A stretch of DNA of 64,000 nt from sequence record HQ630627.1; one strand, 5' to 3'. Below, piece by piece: positions 39,571 through 48,721 of the stretch. The position numbers and the translations under genes are program-made. The stretch comes from Pseudomonas phage PhiPA3. The first letter of the stretch is position 1; every line of letters begins with the position of its first letter. Under the pieces are notes generated by a model that worked only from the letters and a program-made list of their open reading frames with translations, was not told the DNA's origin and made no database searches.

Positions 39571-41454
39571 ATGTCTATTCGTGATAGCGAAAACAACAAC
39601 GGCCAACAGCAGCAGACCGCGCAAACTGCCGCCCCCGCCCCGCAAATGCAACAGACCCAACAAGGACCCAAAGTGCAAACTCAAACTCTCCAAGGCGGTG
39701 CTGGTAACCTGAACAGCATCTTCCAGCGTTCCGGCCGTACCGACGGTGGTGACGCTCGTGCCAGCGAAGCGCTGGCTGTGTTCAACAAACTGAAAGAAGA
39801 GGCAATCGCTCAGCAAGATCTGCATGACGATTTCCTGGTCTTCCGTTTCGACCGCGATCAGAACCGCGTAGGTTACTCCGCTCTGCTGGTTGTTAAGCGT
39901 GCCGCTATCAACGGTCAACAAGTCATCGTTACCCGCCCGCTGGTAATGCCGAACGATCAGATCACTCTGCCGACCAAGAAACTGACCATCCAAAACGGGA
40001 TGCATCAGGAAACCATCGAAGCGGAAGCTGACGTACAAGACGTGTTCACCACCCAGTACTGGAACCGCATCTGCGACTCCATTCGTCAGCAAACTGGCAA
40101 GCACGACGCCATGGTCATCAACGCTGGTCCGACCGTCATCCCCGCAGATTTCGATCTGAAAGATGAACTGGTTCTGAAGCAGCTGCTGATCAAATCCGTC
40201 AACCTGTGCGATGACATGCTGGCCAAGCGTTCCGGCGAACAGCCCTTCTCCGTTGCCATGCTCAAAGGCACCGACGAGACCCTGGCTGCCCGTCTGAACT
40301 TCACTGGTAAGCCGATGCATGACAGTCTGGGCTATCCGATCCGTTCGGACATCCTGGTATCCCTGAACCGCGTCAAGAAGCCGGGCCAGCAGGAGAACGA
40401 ATTCTACGAAGCCGAAGATAAGCTGAACCAAGTCAGCTGCTTCGTCAACCTGGAATACACTCCTCAGCCGCAACAAGCCATCTACGGTGCTCCGCAGCAA
40501 ACCCAACAGCTGCCTCCGCTCACTCCGGCCATCGTCATCACCGACGTACGTCAGGCTGAGTGGCTGAAAGCAAACACCATGGAACTGTACCTGTTCGCTC
40601 TGAGCAACGCATTCCGTGTAACTGCTAACCAGTCCTGGGCACGTAGCCTGCTGCCGCAACTGGGTAAGGTCAAGGACATGCGCGATATCGGTGCAATCGG
40701 CTACCTGAGCCGTCTTGCAGCGCGCGTTGAAACCAAGACCGAAACCTTCACCGACCAGAACTTCGCCGAACTTCTGTACAACATGGTTCGTCCGTCTCCG
40801 GTGTTCATGTCCGACCTGAACCGCTTCGGCGACAACGCTGCGATCGAGAACGTCTTCATCGACGCCCTCGGTGGTGTAAACCAGCAGCGCGCTGTAGCGG
40901 CTATCATTGCCGGTGTGAACAACCTGATTGGTGGTGGCTTCGAGAAGTTCTTCGATCACAACACCATGCCGATCATCCAGCCGTACGGCACCGACATCCA
41001 GCTGGGCTACTACCTGGATGGCGAGGGTGAGAAGCAAGACCGTCGTGACCTGGACGTCCTGGGCGCTCTGAACGCCAGCGACGGCAACATCCAGGAATGG
41101 ATGAGCTGGTACGGCACTCAGTGCAACGTCGCAGTACATCCGGAACTGCGTGCTCGCCAGTCGAAGAACTTCGACCGTCAGTACCTGGGTAACTCCGTCA
41201 CCTACACCACCCGTGCACATCGTGGTATCTGGAACCCGAAATTCATCGAGGCTCTGGACAAAGCGATCGCGTCGGTTGGCCTGACCGTAGCCATGGACAA
41301 CGTGGCTCAGGTGTTCGGTGCTCAGCGCTTCAGCGGCAACCTGGCTATCGCCGACTACGCCGTTACTGGTACCGCTCAGGTATCCAGCGGCCTGGTTTCC
41401 AACGGTGGCTACAACCCGCAGTTCGGTGTAGGTCAAGGCTCGGGCTTCTATTAA
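39571..41454 (+). CDS. chmA: candidate chimallin (phage nucleus shell protein, phiKZ gp54-like)
   Basis: 627 aa, matching chimallin size; Q-rich disordered N-terminus; extreme high-expression codon bias; immediately upstream of the nvRNAP beta' N-terminal fragment gene, as gp54-gp55 are arranged in phiKZ; a 296-nt leader carries the promoter motif. Assignment rests on synteny and size, not recognised sequence. Confidence 0.45.
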   Translation: MSIRDSENNNGQQQQTAQTAAPAPQMQQTQQGPKVQTQTLQGGAGNLNSIFQRSGRTDGGDARASEALAVFNKLKEEAIAQQDLHDDFLVFRFDRDQNRVGYSALLVVKRAAINGQQVIVTRPLVMPNDQITLPTKKLTIQNGMHQETIEAEADVQDVFTTQYWNRICDSIRQQTGKHDAMVINAGPTVIPADFDLKDELVLKQLLIKSVNLCDDMLAKRSGEQPFSVAMLKGTDETLAARLNFTGKPMHDSLGYPIRSDILVSLNRVKKPGQQENEFYEAEDKLNQVSCFVNLEYTPQPQQAIYGAPQQTQQLPPLTPAIVITDVRQAEWLKANTMELYLFALSNAFRVTANQSWARSLLPQLGKVKDMRDIGAIGYLSRLAARVETKTETFTDQNFAELLYNMVRPSPVFMSDLNRFGDNAAIENVFIDALGGVNQQRAVAAIIAGVNNLIGGGFEKFFDHNTMPIIQPYGTDIQLGYYLDGEGEKQDRRDLDVLGALNASDGNIQEWMSWYGTQCNVAVHPELRARQSKNFDRQYLGNSVTYTTRAHRGIWNPKFIEALDKAIASVGLTVAMDNVAQVFGAQRFSGNLAIADYAVTGTAQVSSGLVSNGGYNPQFGVGQGSGFY

Positions 41455-41906
41455 TAGAAGCCTAACCAAATAACTCCCTCGGTAGATAGGGGTGTACGAA
41501 GGCGTACATCCCGATTCTAATGCGTATACTTAGGCCAACTCGAAAGAGATCGCCTAGAGATAGGTAGGTTCCGTGGTAGCCCCAGCTTTATCGGAAACTG
41601 ATTTATTGCAGACCTTGGTCATTGCCAGAGCGCTTATCTACGTTGTGGGGTAGGTTGATAAGACGACAATGACTCGGAGTGAGGCCCACTCTCCTTAACA
41701 GTGCAATTGGATCAAGTCTGGTCAGGCAGCGCTATCACTACACGAGTTGTGAGTTAGAACCACTTAACCCAAAAGGCGTCACTCTAGGGAGACGTTGTGG
41801 TTCACATGGGGCATGGAATCACCTAGCAGGCTTGATGGTAAAACATTAAGGTAACCAGCCGTGGAGGATACCCAACCCAAAATAGGGGTAACCCCCTGGG
41901 ATAAAG

Positions 41907-41946
41907 GCGGCTCCTTCGGGAGCCGCTTATATCTCCTTTTTTTGTC
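41907..41946 (+). terminator. intrinsic terminator upstream of the RNAP beta' N-terminal fragment gene
   Basis: GCGGCTCC-TTCG-GGAGCCGC, then TTATATCTCCTTTTTTT. Confidence 0.7.
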
Positions 41947-41969
41947 GTCGTAGTGGAGGGAATAACGAC

Positions 41970-43436
41970 ATGGGTCTGTATGCGGCAATCGTCAATCACG
42001 ACGAGATGCTTGCCAATGCAACTGGCAAGATCGTATTCGCAAATGACTTCAATACCAGTAACGCAGAACAGAAGGAGGAATTCACGCGACATCTGTATTC
42101 GCATTATCAGGATGCAGACGCCATTGAGAACTCGGCCTCGTGTGAATGTGAACACATCACAGATGCACACAAGCTCGGCGTAATCTGTGAAGTTTGTGGT
42201 ACACCTGTTGTTAGTACATCTAATCGTCCCATTGTTCCATCGATGTGGGTACGTGCACCGGAAGGGGTGGTGAGTCTGGTTAGTCCGGAACTCTGGATCA
42301 TGCTCAGTGGGTATATGACCATGAAGGAGTTCGACTTCCTGGAATATCTCACAAACACGGGCTATAGTTACGACTACGACACCATCAGCTCCAAAGAAAC
42401 CAAAAAGAAACTTGACAAGCTGTTACAACGTGGGTTTACTCGCGGCTTGAACCATTTCATCGAGAACTTTGATGAGATTTTTCAGTTCTTGCTTGATGCA
42501 AACATTATTAACAATAACAAAGGCGAGATGTATGCCTTTGTACAACAGAACAAACATAAGCTGTTCCCGAAGAATCTTCCAATCCCCTCCAAACTGTGTT
42601 TTGTGGTAGAATCAACCACATCGGGTACGTACATCGATAAACCAATTGCTGCTGCAATTGATGCGGTGTTGACCATCAGTTCGATTGGTTCATCTCCGAT
42701 TGAACTTAAGTCGATCGTTGTCCAAAATCGGGTAGCGCGATTCCTCAAATTGAATGCTACCTTCCACGAGAACTATGACAAACAACGGATAGCTCAGAAA
42801 CAGGGCCTGATTCGTCGACACGTCTTGGGTGGCCGTCTTAACCTGACCGCTCGGGCAGTAATCACCTCGATCAGTTCTCCGCATGATTACGATGAACTGC
42901 ATATCCCGTGGGGTGTTGGCTGTCAGCTATTGAAGTATCACCTGGTCAACAAGCTGAAACGTAAGTTCCGTATGACCACCCGAGATGCGATGTCCTACAT
43001 CTATTCGAAGGTACTAGCGTACGATCCGATGCTCGATAGCCTCTTCAAGGAAATCATTGCAGAATCCAAGTACAAAGGCCTGGCTGCGGTATTCCACCGT
43101 AACCCGACTCTACAACGTGGTTCGACTCAGCAGTTCTTCATCACCAAAGTGAAGAGCGACATCAGGGATAATTCCATCAGCATGTCTGTGCTATGTCTGA
43201 AGGCACCTAACGCGGATTTTGACGGCGATCAACTGAACTTGACGCTGATGCCTGATAACTATCTGGCTGATGCAACTGACCGAATCGCTCCTTGGAGCTG
43301 GGTACTGAGTACGGATGATCCCCATGAAATTTCGGGGAACTTGGAATTACAAGGCCCGGTTGTCGAGACGATCATTAACTTTGCTCACGAGGACTATCTC
43401 CCGCCGCTCGAAGAGTGGTTGAAGATGGCTGCCTAA
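41970..43436 (+). CDS. multisubunit RNA polymerase beta' subunit, N-terminal fragment (non-virion RNAP, phiKZ gp55-like)
   Basis: Zn-finger CECEH-x11-CEVC near the N-terminus; universal catalytic motif NADFDGDQLNL at residues about 405-415; ends shortly after, as in phiKZ-type split beta'. Confidence 0.85.
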   Translation: MGLYAAIVNHDEMLANATGKIVFANDFNTSNAEQKEEFTRHLYSHYQDADAIENSASCECEHITDAHKLGVICEVCGTPVVSTSNRPIVPSMWVRAPEGVVSLVSPELWIMLSGYMTMKEFDFLEYLTNTGYSYDYDTISSKETKKKLDKLLQRGFTRGLNHFIENFDEIFQFLLDANIINNNKGEMYAFVQQNKHKLFPKNLPIPSKLCFVVESTTSGTYIDKPIAAAIDAVLTISSIGSSPIELKSIVVQNRVARFLKLNATFHENYDKQRIAQKQGLIRRHVLGGRLNLTARAVITSISSPHDYDELHIPWGVGCQLLKYHLVNKLKRKFRMTTRDAMSYIYSKVLAYDPMLDSLFKEIIAESKYKGLAAVFHRNPTLQRGSTQQFFITKVKSDIRDNSISMSVLCLKAPNADFDGDQLNLTLMPDNYLADATDRIAPWSWVLSTDDPHEISGNLELQGPVVETIINFAHEDYLPPLEEWLKMAA

Positions 43437-43456
43437 ATCAACAGGAGACAATCGTA

Positions 43457-44068
43457 ATGAATTCGGCCTACGGCGTGGATTTGATGGACATCGCCGCTGG
43501 TGGACACCTGGATCAGCAAACAACCAACTGGCTAGGCTCGCGCATTGAAACCATGCGCAATACATTGTCTAGCGCGGCAATGGGGTTCTTTGACCAAGCG
43601 CGCAACATGTACCAGATGATCAGCGCCAACGATGCGGTTCAGGCTCTACGGAATCTGAATGCAAAAGTGGATAACGTCTGGAATGCCAACAACGTACACT
43701 ACTGCAACAGTCTGGAGCAGATTCAAACTGCGAACCCGATCATGCAGCGGTGGATTATGGCCATGCCCACAGTTCGTTCAATGTATCTGAACAACTCGCT
43801 GGAAGGATACGCTGATTCGTATGTGAATCACCACGGTGACGCCATTGGCGCAGCTCATTATGACTATCGTCGTGTAATGGACGGCATTGTTGAGGTCGCT
43901 GATGACCACTTCAAGGTTACTCATTATTACGAAGAGACGCCTGCTGAGGAGCGCCCGTTCACTCTCCACGAACAAGTGGATATCATTCGGACTTGGAACC
44001 TGGTTCAACAGGAACTGGATAAGAATGAGATGGATCCGACCAGTCCGGTCGGAAACATGATGGGTTAA
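43457..44068 (+). CDS. hypothetical protein
   Basis: ATG 43457 with RBS CAGGAGACAATCGTAATG; the ORF track's 43415 start overlaps the beta' gene. Confidence 0.5.
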   Translation: MNSAYGVDLMDIAAGGHLDQQTTNWLGSRIETMRNTLSSAAMGFFDQARNMYQMISANDAVQALRNLNAKVDNVWNANNVHYCNSLEQIQTANPIMQRWIMAMPTVRSMYLNNSLEGYADSYVNHHGDAIGAAHYDYRRVMDGIVEVADDHFKVTHYYEETPAEERPFTLHEQVDIIRTWNLVQQELDKNEMDPTSPVGNMMG

Positions 44069-44076
44069 CGCCATAA

Positions 44077-44120
44077 GAGAGAGCCCTTCGGGGCTCTCTC
44101 GCTTTATTTTATTTTGTTTG
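44077..44120 (+). terminator. intrinsic terminator (first of a tandem pair)
   Basis: GAGAGAGCCC-TTCG-GGGCTCTCTC, then GCTTTATTTTATTTTG. Confidence 0.7.
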
Positions 44121-44166
44121 GAGTAGTCATGGACCTTTACCATTCCTGCTTAATCATGTGAGCCCT

Positions 44167-44208
44167 GCGGAGTCTTCGGACTCCGCTTCAATTCCCTAAT
44201 TTTTTTTG
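44167..44208 (+). terminator. intrinsic terminator (second of a tandem pair)
   Basis: GCGGAGTC-TTCG-GACTCCGC, T8 run 14 nt downstream. Confidence 0.55.
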
Positions 44209-44217
44209 GGTGTTCAC

Positions 44218-44619
44218 ATGCCTGCTATCCCAACTTTAGACAGCCAAGGCTGGCTTTCGGACGTAGCCTCGAAGGCAGACTACGTTTTGTCATGCTTCCT
44301 AGCCACTAACCGTTCGCAATCCACACTGCACCGTGAACAAAATACCTCGATGCAATATCTGTTGAAGAAGAATGCCAATCGCACCCAATCCCTAGAGACA
44401 GATCTTCAGAATGCCTTACTGGAGAAACTGCAAACCACATTCGATGAAACGGCACAAGCTATCGTCACTGTGGAAGTATCTGATCCAAATGTACCGGACC
44501 AATACTCCATTCGGTTTACTGGGATTGTTTACGATGGCACTAAACAGTATACAGTCGGAAAACTGGTTCAGTTCCAGAATTCTCGTATCATCAACATCGC
44601 AGCTATCAACAACGGTTAA
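44218..44619 (+). CDS. hypothetical protein
   Basis: ATG 44218 after tandem terminators at 44077 and 44167. Confidence 0.45.
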   Translation: MPAIPTLDSQGWLSDVASKADYVLSCFLATNRSQSTLHREQNTSMQYLLKKNANRTQSLETDLQNALLEKLQTTFDETAQAIVTVEVSDPNVPDQYSIRFTGIVYDGTKQYTVGKLVQFQNSRIINIAAINNG

Positions 44620-44633
44620 TACAATGTCCGAAC

Positions 44634-45163
44634 AAGTTCATAATCCGAATGACCCCATCGATCAACTGTCTATTGAAGTCAACCGTTTGCGTCAAGAGAA
44701 TGATGCACTGAGTAAGCGGTTGGTTATGACTGAGAAAGCGGTACAAGAGCTCCTTACTCATACTCGTACCTCCATTGAACTGCAGGAACTAGTGATTACA
44801 CGTGTTCTGCATAAGTTCTTTGATGGTCTGACCCATTCGCTGGAACATTCCATCACGGCTGCTCAAACCGAATACATGAACCGCAAGCGTGGTTTCGAGA
44901 TTCGGGTAGTTGATGGCATTGAAGAGAAAGAGACTCCACACTCGATCATTGTTACCAAGAATGAAGACGGCACGTACGACTTCGCTGCTTCGTCAACTCC
45001 AGACAAGATCGATAATTCCAACACCGAACGTTTCGTTGATTTTCTGAACCACGAACCACAACTGTTCGAATCGAGTAACCAGATCCTGATTAACATCTAT
45101 GCCCATACAGAGCATGTGAAGGCAGTCGAGGAGCAACTCAATGAGCAGCAAACAGCCAACTAA
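44634..45163 (+). CDS. hypothetical protein (predicted coiled-coil)
   Basis: Start at ATG 44634 just after the upstream stop; the ORF track's 44411 start would overlap the previous gene by 209 nt. Confidence 0.45.
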
Positions 45164-45779
45164 GGGTAGCCTTGAATACTACGAGGCGATACGTAACCAA
45201 CAGGCTACTATTGAAATTGAAGACGTGATGAATGTGATTATTGGGAACGATGAGCGACAACAACCCATCGTTACTGAAGACGTATTCGTCTCACGTATTC
45301 TCCCATTGTTGGTTCATCCGTGGAATATAGATAACCTTCGTATCTATCAGAGTTACGTAATCGAGCTTACTAATCCTCTGCGTGTAGCGGGACTGGTTGA
45401 CGGTAAAACGGAAGTTCTCTTTACTGTTCCCCCATTGTATCCGCGTCCAGATCTAACGCGTGCAGATGGACCAGGTACTGCCACTCTGGCTCACGTGTTT
45501 GATCACATTGCAATCCTTCGGTCCCGTACCTCAGACCAAGAGCAATTTGAACCGCAGATTGCGGCCTATCTGCATGACGTCTCTGTTCGCACTCCGATCG
45601 AGAAGTCGACTCTTGGTCCGCTTGCTCTAATTTTGGCCCGCTATGGTCGTGTGTTCGAAGATGCTGAAGGCAACCCACTGTATACGCTCGACGGTACAGT
45701 TGTTACTCAGGGTGGTCAAAGTACACACGCAACAGCGGAGCCGATGAGTTCCATTGTTGAAGGCGAATATGAAGACTGA
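45141..45779 (+). CDS. hypothetical protein
   Basis: 212-aa ORF. Confidence 0.5.
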   Translation: MSSKQPTKGSLEYYEAIRNQQATIEIEDVMNVIIGNDERQQPIVTEDVFVSRILPLLVHPWNIDNLRIYQSYVIELTNPLRVAGLVDGKTEVLFTVPPLYPRPDLTRADGPGTATLAHVFDHIAILRSRTSDQEQFEPQIAAYLHDVSVRTPIEKSTLGPLALILARYGRVFEDAEGNPLYTLDGTVVTQGGQSTHATAEPMSSIVEGEYED

Positions 45780-46914
45780 TAAGACTAAAAAGCCTGGTCA
45801 GTTCCGTTACATTAGTTTTGGCGATGTCCATCTGGGGCATCGCCAGACTCCTACGGACAAGATTATCCAGAACCTTGATCTGGTGATCACGGACGACTTG
45901 CTTAAAGAATTGGATATGGTCATCATTACCGGCGATCTGTTTGATAGACAGCTGAATAATGGTGATGAAGTAGTACACCAGATCAACCGCTGGATGACGA
46001 TGTTTATGTTCCGTTGTGCGGCGTACAACGTCATGCTCCGTGTAGTTGAAGGCACACCAAGTCATGACCGGGAACAGTCTCAGTTCTTCGTAGAGCAGAA
46101 AGTAAACGCCAATATTCCGGTAGACCTCTATTACACCAAAGAACTAAGCATCGAGTACAATCAACGACTCGATGCACATTTCCTTTATGTCCCTGATAAG
46201 TGGCGACCGACCACACAGGAGACATTAGCCGAAGTTCGCGGTTTAATGGCGGAACGCAGCCTAGAGCAGGTCGACTTTGCAATAATGCATGGCGCATTTA
46301 GTTACCAGCTTCCCAGCATTGTTCCCGAACCTACTCACGATGAAAACGTGTATCTGGAGTTAGTTAAACACCAAATCCTGATTGGACATGTGCACAACAT
46401 GACCGTACACGAACGCATCTACGCAGCTGGATCGTTCGATCGGATTTGCCATGGGGATGAAATCCCTAAAGGCATGTTTGACTTTACAGTGTACGACAAC
46501 GGTAGTTACACAGCCACGTTCGTGGAGAACAAACGAGCTAAGCAGTTTGTTACTCTGGACGTCCACGGGTTCGATACCAAGCAATTGGCATTAACCGTCC
46601 GTGAGAAAGTCTCGGAACTTCCCAAGTATTCTGCCATTCGACTGCGTTGTGATCCAAACGACGTGGCTAACGGCGATATTGAAACCTTCCGTCGAGAATA
46701 TCCCAACATTGAGTGGTCGACGAAGGTAGAAAAACCTACCGCTAAGAAGAATACTGTGTTGGAAAGCATGAAGAACTTCGACATGTCTGAATTTGTCCCC
46801 ATCACTAAGGATAACATATCCCTTTTAATCGCAGAAGAAATGCGGCGACAAGGTGTCGATGAGGTACGAATTCAACGTAGTCAAGCACGCTTCGATAAAC
46901 TCAACCAGGTATAA
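45769..46914 (+). CDS. calcineurin-like metallophosphoesterase, SbcD/Mre11-like nuclease
   Basis: Phosphoesterase motifs in order: FGDVHLG (D-x-H), ITGDLFD (GDxxD), GTPSHD (GNHD-like), AIMHGAF, IGHVHN (GHxH); 381 aa from ATG 45769. Confidence 0.7.
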   Translation: MKTDKTKKPGQFRYISFGDVHLGHRQTPTDKIIQNLDLVITDDLLKELDMVIITGDLFDRQLNNGDEVVHQINRWMTMFMFRCAAYNVMLRVVEGTPSHDREQSQFFVEQKVNANIPVDLYYTKELSIEYNQRLDAHFLYVPDKWRPTTQETLAEVRGLMAERSLEQVDFAIMHGAFSYQLPSIVPEPTHDENVYLELVKHQILIGHVHNMTVHERIYAAGSFDRICHGDEIPKGMFDFTVYDNGSYTATFVENKRAKQFVTLDVHGFDTKQLALTVREKVSELPKYSAIRLRCDPNDVANGDIETFRREYPNIEWSTKVEKPTAKKNTVLESMKNFDMSEFVPITKDNISLLIAEEMRRQGVDEVRIQRSQARFDKLNQV

Positions 46915-46917
46915 AAC

Positions 46918-47748
46918 ATGGATCTCATTGAAAGAGAGGTTGGACAGATTCCTGTCAGCATCGGGACTTCTCTTGCCTTTGAGGGAATCTTGGGGATTCA
47001 TCCTGCGGAACCCAAGCAACCTATTGACGTTAAGTCGGTTAAGGAGATTTGGGTCAACCTTCGTACGTTGGCTCGAAATCTCTGGTCTGCTGTATCTACA
47101 TCAGATGTCCACTCTGTTAACCCTCGGGACGCAGTGGAGATACTGCTAAATGAGGTGCAGACAATTCCGGTGGCTCTGCTGCAAGCGAACTCCAAAATCA
47201 AGGTACGCTATTACATCGCGTCTACTGATGAGGTGAAATGGCTGTTCCCTAAGGCAGCTTTCAAAGAAGCCAAAACGCCAAAACAAATGGCATACGAAGT
47301 TTACGAACGATACGCCGCAATCGAATTACTCCAGCGCATGAAGGAGGAAAACATTGAGGTCATGGAGATTGCTCGTAAACCACCAAGAGCAGACGGAACG
47401 GTTGCGTTGCTCACCCACTTTCCACATGAACTACTATGGAAAGAACATTTCAACCGTCTTTTATTGTTAGAATCTCACACAGGGAAAATCAAGCCATACC
47501 AAATGTGGTATACAAAGCTACATGGTATCAAGGCGGACGATCAGCAACTCCCATTTACCAAGTTTACACTACAGGTGTTTGGTGATGGCGTTTTGCTAGA
47601 ACCGCAGTCCAAGGCTATAAAAGGTCAGCTTAAACAGTTGGCTAAGACCCGGAAATGGACTCCGGTCACCACCCAAGATAAGCTCTACCATGATATCCAA
47701 ACCCATGGTAGCAAAGAACTCAAAGAAGCTTACGCGCTATTGAGATGA
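46918..47748 (+). CDS. hypothetical protein
   Basis: 276-aa ORF immediately after the nuclease gene; no ATPase motifs, so not an obvious SbcC/Rad50. Confidence 0.5.
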   Translation: MDLIEREVGQIPVSIGTSLAFEGILGIHPAEPKQPIDVKSVKEIWVNLRTLARNLWSAVSTSDVHSVNPRDAVEILLNEVQTIPVALLQANSKIKVRYYIASTDEVKWLFPKAAFKEAKTPKQMAYEVYERYAAIELLQRMKEENIEVMEIARKPPRADGTVALLTHFPHELLWKEHFNRLLLLESHTGKIKPYQMWYTKLHGIKADDQQLPFTKFTLQVFGDGVLLEPQSKAIKGQLKQLAKTRKWTPVTTQDKLYHDIQTHGSKELKEAYALLR

Positions 47749-47833
47749 GTAGCTGGGGAAAAATACCTGCTTCCTCAATAGTACGTAGAACACTTTGCGC
47801 AAAGTGAATAATATTTCCAATTGGAGTTACACC

Positions 47834-48592
47834 ATGTCTCAACAACCTAATGCACCGGCTCTAAACGCTTTCTCGGTAATGTCCACCTGGCTCAGTGCCG
47901 ATCCAGTGGAGGGGGCACAGAAGCGACCGAGTCTGCGTTTCGGTGTATTCGGCAACGTACCGCGGATCTCTGTGAAGACCAACGTACCCAACGACCTCAA
48001 TAACGGTAAGATCGACTTCCGTTGCGATCTGGCTACCTTTGCTGCGGCGATGACTTACGCCGATGATCTGGTCAATGATAAACCAGGCGTACCTCAGGAA
48101 CGCAAGTTCATCTTCCAAGATGATTTCGTTGCTGGTAAGAAAATGGACAAAGTGATTCCGATCACTTCGTTGGTAATTGGTCGAGAGGCCAGTACTGGCC
48201 GCATCTACATCGCTGTGCTGTCTACCCAGCAACAGCGCCCCAAAATCAAGTTCTACTTTGGTCCGTCGAAGTTCCACAACATCCTCAATGGCGATGGTTC
48301 TCAGATCTCACCGAAGGAAATGTCGGAAGCTTACGCGGCTGGTTTCCTGAAACCAGCAACCGCAATCGTTTACCACATGATGGTTTCCGCATTTGATCCT
48401 AACGCCAAGAACGTAGCCAACCCGGCTAATTTTAACGGTGGCGGCAACGGTGGTGGAAATAACTACAACCGCGGCAATGGCGGCGGCAATTACAACCGTG
48501 GTAACAACGGCGGTGGTAATGGTGGTTATCAGAAGCCTTCTAGTGGTGGGTTCAGCGATTCTGGTTTCGACGACGAAATCCCGAACTTCTAA
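47834..48592 (+). CDS. ssb: single-stranded DNA-binding protein-like
   Basis: Gly/Asn-rich C-terminal linker (NGGGNGGGNNYNRGNGGGNYNRGNNGGGNGG) ending in acidic tip GFDDEIPNF, resembling the bacterial/phage SSB DDDIPF tail; high-expression codon bias; start at ATG 47834. Confidence 0.55.
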   Translation: MSQQPNAPALNAFSVMSTWLSADPVEGAQKRPSLRFGVFGNVPRISVKTNVPNDLNNGKIDFRCDLATFAAAMTYADDLVNDKPGVPQERKFIFQDDFVAGKKMDKVIPITSLVIGREASTGRIYIAVLSTQQQRPKIKFYFGPSKFHNILNGDGSQISPKEMSEAYAAGFLKPATAIVYHMMVSAFDPNAKNVANPANFNGGGNGGGNNYNRGNGGGNYNRGNNGGGNGGYQKPSSGGFSDSGFDDEIPNF

Positions 48593-48602
48593 TCTTAACG
48601 TA

Positions 48603-48645
48603 CAGCATCTCTTGGGACAAAAACCCGGAGATGCTGTATGCCCTC
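48603..48645 (+). terminator. long-loop hairpin followed by TATGCC
   Basis: CAGCATCTC-(19-nt loop)-GAGATGCTG then TATGCCCTC, after ssb. Confidence 0.4.
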
Positions 48646-48677
48646 TCGGTCTCCAGCCAATAGAAAAAATCTTAGAT

Positions 48678-48687
48678 CTATATTACA
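48678..48687 (+). promoter_or_regulatory. promoter-like motif CTATATTACA (class A)
   Basis: TTAGATCTATATTACAGCTGTG, 35 nt upstream of ATG 48722. Confidence 0.5.
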
Positions 48688-48721
48688 GCTGTGTACCACC
48701 GGCAGTAACAAGGAGATAACA

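Noticed and set aside
41779-42170. Minus-strand ORFs 41779-41988 (69 aa) and 41823-42170 (115 aa)
   Set aside because: They overlap the start of the strongly supported beta' gene and its terminator on the opposite strand. No RBS; judged spurious.
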